DNA of 64,000 bases from a virus. Below the pieces are notes generated by a model. It had not been told where the DNA came from. It did not search any database and worked only from the letters and a program-made list of their open reading frames with translations. Location of the stretch: IMG/VR virus record IMGVR_UViG_3300042453_005121, positions 32,001-96,000 of that record; one strand, given 5' to 3'. The translations under genes and the position numbers were made by a program. Position 1 is the stretch's first letter; every line of letters starts with the position of its first letter. Shown piece after piece: positions 35,363 through 45,769 of this stretch.

Positions 35363-36213
35363 TTCTTTTTAGATGAGAACAGTCTTCGCGGTATTTTTGT
35401 CCTGATCTTTGGGGGTGGGGTGGAGGCTCTTTTTTCTATGGTCTTATCCACTCCTTCATATCCTTCCTTGGCATATGCCCCGGAAAGCACCTTGTATTTG
35501 TTGTCGAAGGAGAGGTGCTTGTGATCACGCCAGACGTGAGTTGCTATCTTGTGTCCGTAACTATTTATTTTTCTTTCTCTTCCTTCCCTCTCCGACCTCT
35601 CCTCTTCGGTGAATGGGATCATTTCCGCGTTGTTCTTTTGGGGCAGGAACAACACTTGTCCGTAGGGCTCGCCCTTTCTAAAGATGTGGAGCTCGCCCTC
35701 CCTTGGTGCCTTGAACACTACGAAGAATATTCTGGACCACCATCGTTGTATGTGTCCGGGAACGAGGCACGGAACCGTTCCTGTGTCGTCGGTGTAGAAC
35801 CTTGGGTGCGGTTCGGTGCGTAACACGTATCCTTCGGGCGGCTCCATGTCCAAGGCACTAGACATTCCGTAGTGACCCGGAGCGAAACTCATCATCGGCG
35901 GAGTGATCTTCTTTGGCTCGTCGCCGGTCTGCGTCGTTCCTTCTTCATTGATCATCCACGGTTCTTCAGAGAAGTCGCCTTCGAAAACAAGTTCCCCATT
36001 GATCCTTTTGACGCGGCACTCGCTATTGTATGGATATACGAGTTCATGGCCGTATGTGCTTCCTTCCACGAAAGGAGGACAGTGCCACGGCTGGGGCTCG
36101 GCACCGTTCTCGTGGTCGCGGTCCTTGCCGGACCAGCCCGGTATCTGAAGCCGTATGGGCCTGGGGGGCTGGCCGTTGTGCCACGTCCGGTATTTGACCT
36201 GAATTTTTTCCAT
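35359..36213 (-). CDS. DUF6065-like protein
   Basis: WHCPPFVEGSTYGHELVYP, PPEGY, FRKGEPYGQV. Confidence 0.65.
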   Translation of the reverse strand: MEKIQVKYRTWHNGQPPRPIRLQIPGWSGKDRDHENGAEPQPWHCPPFVEGSTYGHELVYPYNSECRVKRINGELVFEGDFSEEPWMINEEGTTQTGDEPKKITPPMMSFAPGHYGMSSALDMEPPEGYVLRTEPHPRFYTDDTGTVPCLVPGHIQRWWSRIFFVVFKAPREGELHIFRKGEPYGQVLFLPQKNNAEMIPFTEEERSEREGRERKINSYGHKIATHVWRDHKHLSFDNKYKVLSGAYAKEGYEGVDKTIEKRASTPPPKIRTKIPRRLFSSKKK

Positions 36214-36244
36214 AATCAACTAGATATTGTATCGAGGTAAATGC

Positions 36245-37228
36245 ATGCCTGTCAATCCCGGCAACCACCAGGACAAGAAACTGAACGAGTGCGACTCAAT
36301 ACCGCCTGCGGAGACCAGCAGGAACAGGGAAGGGCCCTCTAGGGATTGTCCGGGTCCGGAGGGCCTCGGTCTAGGGTGGGTGGAGAGAGCCGCCAAGTCC
36401 AAGGTCGGCGTCGGAAGAGAGGCCCAGTGCGATCCCATGCAGACGGGTCAAATTGTAGAAGATGTAAACAATCCCGAACGCCAAGTTTTATACAGGTATT
36501 CAAAAAGTCTTCGCGGGTGCGACGAAGCAATGCTTGATCTTTTCAGCAATCTGGTTGTTCTGGACGAGGATGGAAAGGCCCACAAGGTACCGATCATATG
36601 GGGCACTCAGGAAAGGGCCGTGGCTTGGATACTTCAGGACAACGTACGCAAGGATGGAAGTCTGGTTGTGGAGCGTATAAGGCTTCCCATGATGACGATA
36701 TATTCTTCGGGAATTGAGTTTGACCAAAGCAGGTACACGTATCACAAGGCGTTGGACTTGATGAGGAGATTGGACCCCAAAGGAAGGCCGGGATTGCACG
36801 GCAGCGAGAAGTTTGAGAGAGACACGGTTTTCGGCGTGGCGCGAGGAATTCCCGTGAATAAATCATACACGCTCATAGCCTGGACCATGTACATGGAGGA
36901 CATAGATCAAATTTTGGAACAGGTCATGCTAAAATTTTCTCCAGTTGCATACATACGTGTGCGAGGAGTCAATTGGGAGACTTCGGTGTCCCTGGATTCT
37001 GTGGCAAACAACGTGGATTATGAGCCCGGCGATCAAAACCAAAGAATCATAAAATTTGAGTTTAATTTGACCGCAAGATCATACATACCACAACCAATGG
37101 TCCGTAACAAGTCGGTCTTGGGCACGAAAGTGGATATCCACAACAGTGTTGAGGAACAGGACATTACGGAGGTTTTGGCGAGGATAGAGGACAGCGTCAA
37201 AGACGTGGAAAGGCAACTTAATGATTGA
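36245..37228 (+). CDS. Tail terminator / sheath stabiliser (T4 gp15-like)
   Basis: KVPIIWGTQE, RIRLPMM..SGIEFD, DQILEQV, RIIKFEFNLT; located just upstream of the sheath gene. Confidence 0.8.
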   Translation: MPVNPGNHQDKKLNECDSIPPAETSRNREGPSRDCPGPEGLGLGWVERAAKSKVGVGREAQCDPMQTGQIVEDVNNPERQVLYRYSKSLRGCDEAMLDLFSNLVVLDEDGKAHKVPIIWGTQERAVAWILQDNVRKDGSLVVERIRLPMMTIYSSGIEFDQSRYTYHKALDLMRRLDPKGRPGLHGSEKFERDTVFGVARGIPVNKSYTLIAWTMYMEDIDQILEQVMLKFSPVAYIRVRGVNWETSVSLDSVANNVDYEPGDQNQRIIKFEFNLTARSYIPQPMVRNKSVLGTKVDIHNSVEEQDITEVLARIEDSVKDVERQLND

Positions 37229-37445
37229 GATCAGAAACAAGACGAGAAGCCCGGTGCAGATACTGATCAGGTCAAGAAGGTCGCCCAGAGCGTTTACGAC
37301 GTTGAACGTTCCAGGCATAGGGGCTGGATGCAACACCTATATGCTGGAAGACGAGAGGAATACGGAATATGTGGAGAGGGCCGAGAAGATGGGCCTGATC
37401 TCAACGCGGCACTTAACAAAAAAAGAATTGAACAAGGGAGAATAA
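37221..37445 (+). CDS. Small hypothetical protein
   Basis: Between gp15 and sheath, coupled to both. Confidence 0.65.
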   Translation: MIEIRNKTRSPVQILIRSRRSPRAFTTLNVPGIGAGCNTYMLEDERNTEYVERAEKMGLISTRHLTKKELNKGE

Positions 37446-37449
37446 CGTC

Positions 37450-40260
37450 ATGGCAATCCTAAAGGGCTTTCCGCCCTCCAACTTGATTTCACCGTCGGTC
37501 CGCATCACGGAGAAGGACCTGAGCTTCATCGCTCCAGATCAGTCCTTCCATAGGGCGGGACTAGTGGGCTTCGCAAGCAAGGGCCCGATCAACATCCCGA
37601 CCGTGGTTTCTTCAAGAAGGCAGCTCAATACAATATTCGGATATCCGCATCCTGAGCAGGGCGATCCTTACCTCGTTTACGCAGCAGAGCAGTATCTGCT
37701 TGTGGCGAGTGAACTATACGTGGTTCGCGTTGCAGACACCGACGCTGTGAGCTGGGAGCGTGCCAAGACCGCTCAGGTTGAGGTTCCTTCGGCTGGCGGC
37801 GAGGTTTCAATTCTTTCAAGCGTCGCTGGCCCCTATAATCTGGGAAGCGATATGTATTTCCGTTGGAAACTCAACGGAATTCTTGCTTCTAAGACGCTGG
37901 TTGCCTTGTCTGATGCGAATCATCCAGATCCGGTCGTCCAAAGTTCGGGGTACAGTGCTCCGCAACTCGCCGAAGACCTCAATCTCCAACTTGATCCCTC
38001 AATCGACGGAATTGAGTTCTTTGCGACAGATGAGCAAATCACGCTGGTAGAGGACGAGATACAATCAACGAGCCAGACCGATACGGACGCAAATTTCATA
38101 TTGAACAAGGGTTCCGTAACCGTTGTGGTTAGTTCTTCTTCGTCCACATCATCCAACGGCAATACGATTGTTGCGGGATCAGTTGGAGGAACTGTTGTGA
38201 TCGGGGGAGTCGTTGTACAGAGATTCACAGTTTCTGAAGACGGCGAGTTCAAATTTACTTCACTTGTAAACAATCCTTCCGTCAAGGCCGTGTCCGGAGT
38301 GATAAACAACTCGACGGGCGTTATAACCCTAACTTACAACACGAACCTTTCAGCCGCTCCGGTTGGAGCCAGTGTTCCTTATAACGGCATAAGCGTTAGT
38401 TACGAGTACCTGACTAGCCACACGAACAATAGGCTGGGCGTGAGGACTACATTCTCTTTCGGTCCAAGAGCCAGCCTAGAGTTGGTTTCGGTTGCCGATT
38501 CGTTGTATGGACCCACCTCTGTTGATCCGGGCAGCGAGGTTCACGTAGGTCCGACCGGGCTTGGTTCCGGAATGACCGTGGCTCAAATGACGGGCAGTGC
38601 AGAAGACACATTTGACTTCACGACTCTGACTAATCACGACCTTCAGGTGGTTGTGGACGGAACCGACAACGTTCTGATTGACAATGTCGTTCAGGTCGTA
38701 AGTCTTTACGACTTGGCCGCAGATACTTCAGCTTCGGCATCTGACGTCGTGGACGCGATCAACGCAGAAATAAACGCCGGAAATGTTCCCGGAGGATTTG
38801 AGGCGGTTGCTGTTGGTGATTTTGTGTCTCTCCGCACGCTTCACGCAGGAGCAGACGCCAGACTTCTCGTCAAGGACGAGAGTGCGGCTTTTGAACTCCT
38901 TGGATTTGACGCTCCGCTGGTGGACCCGACTGATGCCGGTTCCGATGCGGGCGACTACGTTACCGCCGAGGGTTCTTCTCCGGACGGCATAAGCAGCGAT
39001 TCGGCCGTTTCAACGTACGGCCTCGTGAGGGGCGACACCAACAGGTTCGGGGACGTGTCAGTCACAGTGACCGCCGACTCGCCGGGCATAGATGGAAACG
39101 GAACGCAAGTTGTGATCAAGAACAACATCCGAGAGGGCAATTTTTCCCTCGAGGTGTTCAGCAATGGTGTGCAGGTTGAGGCTTGGGGAAACCTGAGCAA
39201 GGACGAGACCAGCAGATTCTACGTGGAAACCTTCCTGAGCCTCGTTTCGGATTACGTCAAGGCCTTGGACAACACCTCTAATCCATCACCTCCGCTTGAC
39301 GGAGTGTACAGCCTCGTTGGCGGCAATGACGGCATACCCGCCGATCCGGACGATCAGGACCTTCTGCTCATCGGAAGCAATGTCGGATACACCGGCATGT
39401 ACGCTCTGAGCGAGCCGGAACAAATTGACATTGACCTGATAGCCGTTCCGGGCCACAGCAGCACCGGTGTGGTGATGGCTTTGATTGATCTTTGTCAGAA
39501 TTACAGAATGGACTGCATGGCGATTGTGGATGCTCCGTTCGGACTCACGGTCAAGGAGATCGTGCAGTGGCAGAACGGTGCTCATCCGCTCAACAACACG
39601 CGGTTTGATTCCGACTTCGCTGCCCTTTACTGGCCGTGGGTCAAGATTCGCGACACGTTCAACAACGTTGACGTTTGGGTTCCGCCGTCTGGCTCGATCA
39701 TGGCCGTGTACGCGAGAAACGACTCGCTGGCGGCTCCGTGGTTCGCTCCGGCCGGCGTGAATCGTGGCGTGGTGCCGGGCATAACCGACGTGTTCAGTCG
39801 TCCGACCCTGGAAGAGAGGGACTACATGTATGGCAACAGGAACGCGGTCAATCCGATCGTTCAATACGCCGACTTCCAGGACTTCGTTGTCTGGGGTCAA
39901 AAGACGCTGCAGCGCAAGCCGACGGCTCTGGATCGCGTGAACGTGAGGCGACTGATGTTCGTCATAGAGAAAAGAATCAGGCGTGCCTCTAGGGAACTCC
40001 TGTTCGAGCCGCACGACGATATATTCCGCGACAAGTTCGTGGATATAGCGACGAGAATATTGCGAGAGGTTCAGGTTGGTAGAGGACTCACGGCCTTCAT
40101 TATCAAGGCCGACGAAGAGTTGAACACGCCTGACGTGATTGACAGGAATGAGTTCAGGGCCAGAATCGGCGTTCAGCCGACAAGGGCGGTTGAATTCATG
40201 TTCATCGAGTTCAGCATCCACAGGACTGGAAGCTTCGAGGCTGGTTCAGACACCTTCTGA
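37450..40260 (+). CDS. Contractile tail sheath protein (gp18-like)
   Basis: SPSVRITEKD, KGP, YWPWV, PPSG, WFAPAG..RG, WGQKTL, DRVNVRRL. Confidence 0.95.
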   Translation: MAILKGFPPSNLISPSVRITEKDLSFIAPDQSFHRAGLVGFASKGPINIPTVVSSRRQLNTIFGYPHPEQGDPYLVYAAEQYLLVASELYVVRVADTDAVSWERAKTAQVEVPSAGGEVSILSSVAGPYNLGSDMYFRWKLNGILASKTLVALSDANHPDPVVQSSGYSAPQLAEDLNLQLDPSIDGIEFFATDEQITLVEDEIQSTSQTDTDANFILNKGSVTVVVSSSSSTSSNGNTIVAGSVGGTVVIGGVVVQRFTVSEDGEFKFTSLVNNPSVKAVSGVINNSTGVITLTYNTNLSAAPVGASVPYNGISVSYEYLTSHTNNRLGVRTTFSFGPRASLELVSVADSLYGPTSVDPGSEVHVGPTGLGSGMTVAQMTGSAEDTFDFTTLTNHDLQVVVDGTDNVLIDNVVQVVSLYDLAADTSASASDVVDAINAEINAGNVPGGFEAVAVGDFVSLRTLHAGADARLLVKDESAAFELLGFDAPLVDPTDAGSDAGDYVTAEGSSPDGISSDSAVSTYGLVRGDTNRFGDVSVTVTADSPGIDGNGTQVVIKNNIREGNFSLEVFSNGVQVEAWGNLSKDETSRFYVETFLSLVSDYVKALDNTSNPSPPLDGVYSLVGGNDGIPADPDDQDLLLIGSNVGYTGMYALSEPEQIDIDLIAVPGHSSTGVVMALIDLCQNYRMDCMAIVDAPFGLTVKEIVQWQNGAHPLNNTRFDSDFAALYWPWVKIRDTFNNVDVWVPPSGSIMAVYARNDSLAAPWFAPAGVNRGVVPGITDVFSRPTLEERDYMYGNRNAVNPIVQYADFQDFVVWGQKTLQRKPTALDRVNVRRLMFVIEKRIRRASRELLFEPHDDIFRDKFVDIATRILREVQVGRGLTAFIIKADEELNTPDVIDRNEFRARIGVQPTRAVEFMFIEFSIHRTGSFEAGSDTF

Positions 40261-40295
40261 TAAACAAGAGAAACAATAAATAGGAGAACAAGAAA

Positions 40296-40850
40296 ATGCC
40301 GATTAACATGGGTTTGGGTAGGATAGGTCAGCCGGACATCATCCATAAGAGGAAGTTTCGGTGGACCTTCGAAGTGACCAGAAGTGGTCGTGGTGGCGTG
40401 CCGACAAGTTTCGTCAAAATGGCGGCCAGGCCAAATCTCAGCATAGAAGAAACCGAAATCAATTTCCTCAACGGTAAGACCTATATTCCCGGTAAGGGCA
40501 CATGGGAGACCATCACGGTCACTTATTACGACGTGACAGGAAATGACAACGTTCCTCTTTGGAGCTGGATCGCCGACGTTTATGACTACACCAATCCGGT
40601 TACGCTGACGCAGAGTTCAAAGAGAGAGTGCTATACCGGAAGCGGCATATGCACCCTGTATGATGGTTGCGGCAATCCCCTTGAAAAATGGGAGTTGCAG
40701 GACTGCTGGCCCCAGGCGGTCAACTTCGGAGAACTGGATTACGCTTCGTCCGAGGAAGTGACCATAGAGGTCACGATACGCTACTCGGGCGTCAGGTACC
40801 AGAACCTTTGCGGCAACAATCCTGATTCGCAGTGCTGCGGTTGCAGTTGA
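40296..40850 (+). CDS. Tail tube protein (gp19-like) 1
   Basis: KRKFRW, ARP, GK..W..ITVT.YD, LYDGCG, WPQ.VNFGELDY. Confidence 0.88.
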   Translation: MPINMGLGRIGQPDIIHKRKFRWTFEVTRSGRGGVPTSFVKMAARPNLSIEETEINFLNGKTYIPGKGTWETITVTYYDVTGNDNVPLWSWIADVYDYTNPVTLTQSSKRECYTGSGICTLYDGCGNPLEKWELQDCWPQAVNFGELDYASSEEVTIEVTIRYSGVRYQNLCGNNPDSQCCGCS

Positions 40851-40875
40851 GTTGTTTTTGATCACATATCACACG

Positions 40876-40907
40876 ATGGGGCCGGGCAAACCGGCCCCAT
40901 TTTTTTT
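40876..40907 (+). terminator. Rho-independent terminator between tube genes
   Basis: ATGGGGCCGG/CCGGCCCCAT stem followed by T7. Confidence 0.85.
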
Positions 40908-40933
40908 GCATCGGACTCAATTATGGCGGAGGA

Positions 40934-41458
40934 ATGATAATGGGAAGAAACATGGGTCTCGGCAAGATAGGATCAGACAGCATTTGTATGATGCGCAAGT
41001 TCCGTTGGCTATTCAAGATAGACGGAGTGTGCGATGACGGGACCAGTGCTCTACCTCCAGACAAGGGGGCCAGACCCAGCCTTAATTTCAAAGAGATAGA
41101 GGCACAACACCTCAATGAGACGATTTATTTCGCTGGAAAACCCGACTGGAAACCGGTGACATTGACGTTGTTTGACCTTAAGGGAAACGGCAACCCAATA
41201 TTCAAATGGCTCAAGGAGCAGTACGAGCCTTGCCAAGACAAAGGCACTTGGAAACGCCCGGCTGGAACTGCTTGGAAAAAGAAAGCAAGACTTGAGATGT
41301 ACGACGGATGCGGAAACGTTATGGAACGATGGATATTTATGAACGTGTGGCCCAATAACATAGAATGGGGCGATCTGGACATGAGCAACAACGATTACGT
41401 GACCGTGGAACTGACGCTCCGGTACGACCGGGCTTGGACCGAGGATTGCTCCGGTTGA
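40934..41458 (+). CDS. Tail tube protein (gp19-like) 2
   Basis: RKFRW, ARP, GKPDW, YDGCG, WP..IEWGDLD, LRYDRA. Confidence 0.85.
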   Translation: MIMGRNMGLGKIGSDSICMMRKFRWLFKIDGVCDDGTSALPPDKGARPSLNFKEIEAQHLNETIYFAGKPDWKPVTLTLFDLKGNGNPIFKWLKEQYEPCQDKGTWKRPAGTAWKKKARLEMYDGCGNVMERWIFMNVWPNNIEWGDLDMSNNDYVTVELTLRYDRAWTEDCSG

Positions 41459-41686
41459 TCACTCCATATCCTTCTTCAACAACTCTCTCATCTCCGCGAG
41501 TTTGTCTTCCAACTGCTTTGCTTTCAGCTTGAGTCTTCTGCATGCTCCGCTTTTGTTGAGCCTGCCTTTTTTTGTATAGACCTTCTTTTCGTCGTCCAGA
41601 AGGGCCTGTACTATGTCTCCATATCCATTTTCTATAAGTTTCTTTATTAGTTCTTGTCTTTCAAGATATTCTATTCCGCTGCTCAT
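41459..41686 (-). CDS. Small HTH-like protein
   Basis: YTKKGRLNKSGACRRL; directly downstream of gp55. Confidence 0.65.
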   Translation of the reverse strand: MSSGIEYLERQELIKKLIENGYGDIVQALLDDEKKVYTKKGRLNKSGACRRLKLKAKQLEDKLAEMRELLKKDME

Positions 41687-41753
41687 TAAAAGTTGTCCTT
41701 TTTCTATCGCTTGCTTGCATTGTAAATGAATTTATTAATATTATCAACATCAA

Positions 41754-42284
41754 TTAATTTTGATTGTCAAACATGGGCTTTCCATTCTTGAATGAAGAAT
41801 TACCCTCAAGCATTTGTATATGGTTTAGGTACTTCTTTTTTAGTTCATTGTAATTCCTTGCAGTCCTATAGAGTTGCCTGAAATGATTCAATATACACGT
41901 GGTCATGTAGTTGAATGCCTTGCCCTTTCGGGAATCAAATCGGTCTATTTTGTCAAAGCATATCATCACACCTTCCTGAACGGCGTCATCCGTGTCTATG
42001 AGTTGAAATTTGGCATACCTGACTATGTTCTCCGAAAGGGTGAAGAAGGCCACCGCCAGCTTGCTTTTTGATTCGTCGTGGTCTTGGGACGCAAGGGCGA
42101 GGAGAGACTCTTTTTCTTTCAATCTTGATTTGTCATTGGACGCGGGCACTTTTCTTATTTTCTTGCGAGATATGGTTTCGGATATCTCGCTCATCAAAAT
42201 ATCAAGCCTCACCTTGCTTTTCTTTGAATCTTGGAACTGATTTATTATTTTCTCAAAAACCTTGTTGTTCAGATACTCGTTCAC
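41754..42284 (-). CDS. Late-transcription sigma factor (T4 gp55-like)
   Basis: YLNNK, DDAVQEGVMICF..IDRFD...KAFNYMT....HF; region 2 only. Confidence 0.85.
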   Translation of the reverse strand: MNEYLNNKVFEKIINQFQDSKKSKVRLDILMSEISETISRKKIRKVPASNDKSRLKEKESLLALASQDHDESKSKLAVAFFTLSENIVRYAKFQLIDTDDAVQEGVMICFDKIDRFDSRKGKAFNYMTTCILNHFRQLYRTARNYNELKKKYLNHIQMLEGNSSFKNGKPMFDNQN

Positions 42285-43151
42285 TTAAACCGCCTTTTTG
42301 TTTTCGTTCTTCCATGAACGTATTCTTTCCTCGGCTTCGGCCTTTGACTCGTCAAACCATTTCTTGGCGGTTTCGTAGTAGGCCGGAGCGTACAGCATTC
42401 CGAGGCTGATGCTTCTGGAATGGTCTATATTTTCATCTTTGTTTCTTTGGAAGTTTTTTTCTCTTCCTATTATTTTAGTTCTTATTTCGTTTTGTCTCAG
42501 TATCAAATTTCCCAATATTTCTGTGTCGGGCCAATTGGGTCTGTCGGGGTGGGGCTCCTGATTTTCCAATCCATATATAGCCGTGAGCCTCCTCATGCTC
42601 CATCCGAATCCGATTTGATCAAGAGTTCGCAGGTGATACATGGTGGCCGTATGGCTGATCATTCCTCTCCAATCGTCGTGCTGTCTGGGGCTCATCTCGT
42701 AGCCCACGACTGGGTATTTTTCGGGCTCATCGCCACAGATTGACAGTAGATTTTCCAAGAAGTTTCTGCGCATCAGAAAAACATCAGAATGGGTCGCGAA
42801 CATGTATTTGGTGCGACAAAGGCTCTGGGCTAGGTCCATGGCCATGCACACGGTATCGGAGGGATGGAGGGTTCCGTTTACCCTTATGGAATGGACCTCC
42901 AAATCTTCGTCGTGCATTGACATGATCTTTTTCAGATTTTCGGCACGACTTCCTGTGTCTACGACGATTATGTAGGGTCTTACCGTCTGGAGCCTTAATA
43001 TTTCCACGCACAACTTCAGCGAATCATGCGTGTCTATCACCGGTATGACCGCGGTTACGTCGTATTCCCACGGTTTTTTTCGGCATTCGCCCCGCCATGG
43101 CGCATCATTTACGTCCCTGTTCCTTAGTGGGGCCAATTTTTTGAAACTCAT
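42285..43151 (-). CDS. Glycosyltransferase family 2
   Basis: VTAVIP, IIVVDTGS, HSDV. Confidence 0.75.
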   Translation of the reverse strand: MSFKKLAPLRNRDVNDAPWRGECRKKPWEYDVTAVIPVIDTHDSLKLCVEILRLQTVRPYIIVVDTGSRAENLKKIMSMHDEDLEVHSIRVNGTLHPSDTVCMAMDLAQSLCRTKYMFATHSDVFLMRRNFLENLLSICGDEPEKYPVVGYEMSPRQHDDWRGMISHTATMYHLRTLDQIGFGWSMRRLTAIYGLENQEPHPDRPNWPDTEILGNLILRQNEIRTKIIGREKNFQRNKDENIDHSRSISLGMLYAPAYYETAKKWFDESKAEAEERIRSWKNENKKAV

Positions 43152-43196
43152 CGCTCATCTATACTAGCGTGGTTTTTAACTTTTGAAGGAGAAATC

Positions 43197-43415
43197 ATGG
43201 ATTTAAAGCACACTACGATAACGGTTGACGGAAGATGCCTAGACCTTTTGATGACAGATGATGAAATAGCGACATGCTTCGAGCGTTCGTTGGCTGAGCA
43301 CAATCAGAAATACATGGACCAGAACAAGTGTTGTGCTTGTTGGCCCGTGAACAAGCCGCCGGAATGTCCTTTCTGGAGAAGGATTCTCGGTATATGCCAG
43401 AATTGCGATCAATAG
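43197..43415 (+). CDS. Small Cys-rich protein
   Basis: AAGGAG SD; CCAC, CPFW, CQNC. Confidence 0.6.
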   Translation: MDLKHTTITVDGRCLDLLMTDDEIATCFERSLAEHNQKYMDQNKCCACWPVNKPPECPFWRRILGICQNCDQ

Positions 43416-43594
43416 AATGGGATGATTGTCTGAGGGCTTTTTCTTTGATAATAGAGAATCCTATGGCGGAGAAGGGATACTCAGATTTGAAGAATTTCTA
43501 TTTGAAATTTGGAATGAATCAAAACGCCGAAACTATTGGGTTTTTGACAAAGAATAGATTCTATGATCACGATCCAGATTTTGGTTCGAAATGA
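43394..43594 (+). CDS. Hypothetical protein
   Basis: ATG at 43394 within the track ORF. Confidence 0.45.
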   Translation: MPELRSIEWDDCLRAFSLIIENPMAEKGYSDLKNFYLKFGMNQNAETIGFLTKNRFYDHDPDFGSK

Positions 43595-44498
43595 CGAGAA
43601 TACGATACGGGCGGCACTTGAATCGCTTGGGTCCTTGGATGCCAGGATTGTGGTCGGAGATTTGGGCAGCAGAGACGGCACTTTGAGCATATGCAGGTCC
43701 TTCGGTGCAGATGTCGTAAAGCCCAGATGGGACAACGACTATTCAAAAATAAGAAATGAATTGGCTTCGGACGGACTCAACATGTACCTAGATCCTTGGG
43801 AGGTGCTCGCCAAGGGTCACGAACTCATCGCCGGCATAGAGGCCAATTCTGCCGTTTATGTGGTGAGAAATGGAATGGTTTCCAAGGAAATACGCCTGTG
43901 GGCGGGTTCGTCTTTTGTGAATCCCGTTTACGAAACGATAGTGGACAAGGACGCCCAATGCTTTCCGGGGATAGCGGTGATCGGAGGACCCGGACCAGAC
44001 TTGAGGGAGGAAAGATCGCGTATCGTCGCAGATTGGATGCAAAGAAATCCGACTTCTCCCGAGCCTTACTATTACACAGCGATTTCAAGGCTTGAGAACA
44101 GGAAGTACGAGGATTTCTGCGCTTTCGCGAGGCAGTATCTCGCCATGGAAAAAAACGCGGGCGCCACGGCGGTGATGCTTTATTACCACATCGCCCAGAT
44201 AGAACTTCACACCGGCGACTTGGGCTCCGCAGTGAATCAACTTCTTAGGTGCCTTTCTCTTCATCCGGACATGGCCGAGTTCTGGTGTTTGCTCGGGGAC
44301 ATGCTTTACAAGGTCCAGAAGTACGAGAATGCCGCCGCAATGTATGAAAACGCGATGATTTTGGGAAAAAGAAGGAGAGGAGACGATCCTTATCCGGTGG
44401 ATGTGGCCAAATACGGAGTGTATCCTTCCAAGATGATACAAAACATAAAAAATTTGCTTGATGACACGGGATTAATTATCTCAAAATCAGACGCCTAG
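43563..44498 (+). CDS. GT2-like glycosyltransferase with TPR repeats
   Basis: ILVRNDE..I...LES, VGDLGSRDGT, W.NDYS..RN, TPR helices (AEFWCLLGD). Confidence 0.75.
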   Translation: MITIQILVRNDENTIRAALESLGSLDARIVVGDLGSRDGTLSICRSFGADVVKPRWDNDYSKIRNELASDGLNMYLDPWEVLAKGHELIAGIEANSAVYVVRNGMVSKEIRLWAGSSFVNPVYETIVDKDAQCFPGIAVIGGPGPDLREERSRIVADWMQRNPTSPEPYYYTAISRLENRKYEDFCAFARQYLAMEKNAGATAVMLYYHIAQIELHTGDLGSAVNQLLRCLSLHPDMAEFWCLLGDMLYKVQKYENAAAMYENAMILGKRRRGDDPYPVDVAKYGVYPSKMIQNIKNLLDDTGLIISKSDA

Positions 44499-44536
44499 AT
44501 ACTTGTAGGGACTTTTGTTTCGACAAGGAGGGATCG

Positions 44537-44794
44537 TTGGCAAGATTCAAGGTTCTTGTTAAATACGGGCATTCGTCTGAGGAGATTTGGGAGATAGAAG
44601 CCGAGAACAGGTCTCTGGCGGGGTTGCGGTGCGAGGAAATCAAAGAGGAAAACCGCAAACTCGTGGAGAAGTGCGAGAAGAACGGAGTTTTCGTGGGAAA
44701 GAAAATAAAGGAATGCGTGCTGTGCAGAATGGAACTTAAGGACGACCTTCAGGTGTGTAACGGAATATTGAACGGACTAGAAAACTATGTCTAG
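44537..44794 (+). CDS. Hypothetical protein
   Basis: TTG with AAGGAGG SD; TAGATA at 44496. Confidence 0.55.
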   Translation: MARFKVLVKYGHSSEEIWEIEAENRSLAGLRCEEIKEENRKLVEKCEKNGVFVGKKIKECVLCRMELKDDLQVCNGILNGLENYV

Positions 44795-45166
44795 ATCGTT
44801 GACTACCACGGTAACCTGATCCTCCCACCTGGCCACGTCCAATTGTTTTCGTCCGGGTCCGAGTTTACTTAATCTCTTTTCCAGTTCGTCCACATGACAA
44901 TTGATCACGGACCAATTGTTCTCGGCCAACTTCCTGAGTTCGTCGTCGTGATCGGGAACTTCCAATTCAGGATAGTACTTGCCGATTTGCTCCCTGCATT
45001 CCTTGACTATTTTCCTGTAGAGCGGGACGTGACACGCACATCCGGGATTGTTCAAGAATTCGTCTATTTCCTTGTCCATATCCTTTGGTAGGGTCATTCT
45101 GAACCTGGAGTCCTTGAGTGCCCTCTTCACGTCGTTAAGCGTTATCTTTTTTGATTCTTTGCTCAT
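44777..45166 (-). CDS. Hypothetical protein
   Basis: NPGCAC motif; coupled operon. Confidence 0.65.
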   Translation of the reverse strand: MSKESKKITLNDVKRALKDSRFRMTLPKDMDKEIDEFLNNPGCACHVPLYRKIVKECREQIGKYYPELEVPDHDDELRKLAENNWSVINCHVDELEKRLSKLGPGRKQLDVARWEDQVTVVVNDLDIVF

Positions 45167-45447
45167 TGTTCTTCCCTCTTAAATTCCTTTTGAAATTTTA
45201 TGTTCTCTTCTATCCATTTTCTGCTCTCTTCCTTGAGTCTCTCCCCTTCTTTTTTCCTATTCTGTTCTTCCTGTGGGTCTGATGTCTTTCGAGGTACGAC
45301 TGCTCGGCCACATCTTGGACATCTGAACTTGCGGGGGCCCATGGAGTCGTTCTTCAATTCATGAAGAGCAACGTCAGAAAGGTCGGAAACAAGTTTCCAA
45401 CTGCAGGACTGGCACAAAAGTATGTGTTTGTCAGGCATCTTCTTCAA
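45163..45447 (-). CDS. Zinc-ribbon protein
   Basis: CQSC...CPRCG. Confidence 0.65.
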   Translation of the reverse strand: MKKMPDKHILLCQSCSWKLVSDLSDVALHELKNDSMGPRKFRCPRCGRAVVPRKTSDPQEEQNRKKEGERLKEESRKWIEENIKFQKEFKREEQ

Positions 45448-45769
45448 CGCTTATGATGCTCTTGGCCTCTAGATAGTTCATGTACGTAGCCGAGAAGGTG
45501 GCCAAGAAACTTCCCGCCATGCCGCACAGGAACACTACCTCTGGCTTGTGGCTGACAAGAATGTAGCCGCAGAGAAATCCGACCCACGTGCCCGAGCACT
45601 GATAGCATGACACGAGTTTGTCCAACCACTTGGGCATTCTTTTCTCTATGAAGTTCCTTACGGGCTGCATTATTGTGGCGGGGTCCACAATTATATTGGT
45701 GAGTCCTATCACCGAAATACAGAATAAAAGCAGGGAAAAGGGCGGTATGTCCGACATCGTCATCTCCAA
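45431..45769 (-). CDS. DUF1360-like membrane protein
   Basis: LVSCYQCSGTWVG between TM helices. Confidence 0.65.
   Translation of the reverse strand: MEMTMSDIPPFSLLLFCISVIGLTNIIVDPATIMQPVRNFIEKRMPKWLDKLVSCYQCSGTWVGFLCGYILVSHKPEVVFLCGMAGSFLATFSATYMNYLEAKSIISVEEDA

Noticed and set aside
39286-40221. 311 aa antisense ORF inside the sheath gene (likewise 48468..49352, 19766..20527, 10773..11390)
   Set aside because: These are shadow ORFs expected from codon bias of the sense gene; no recognisable motifs or RBS.
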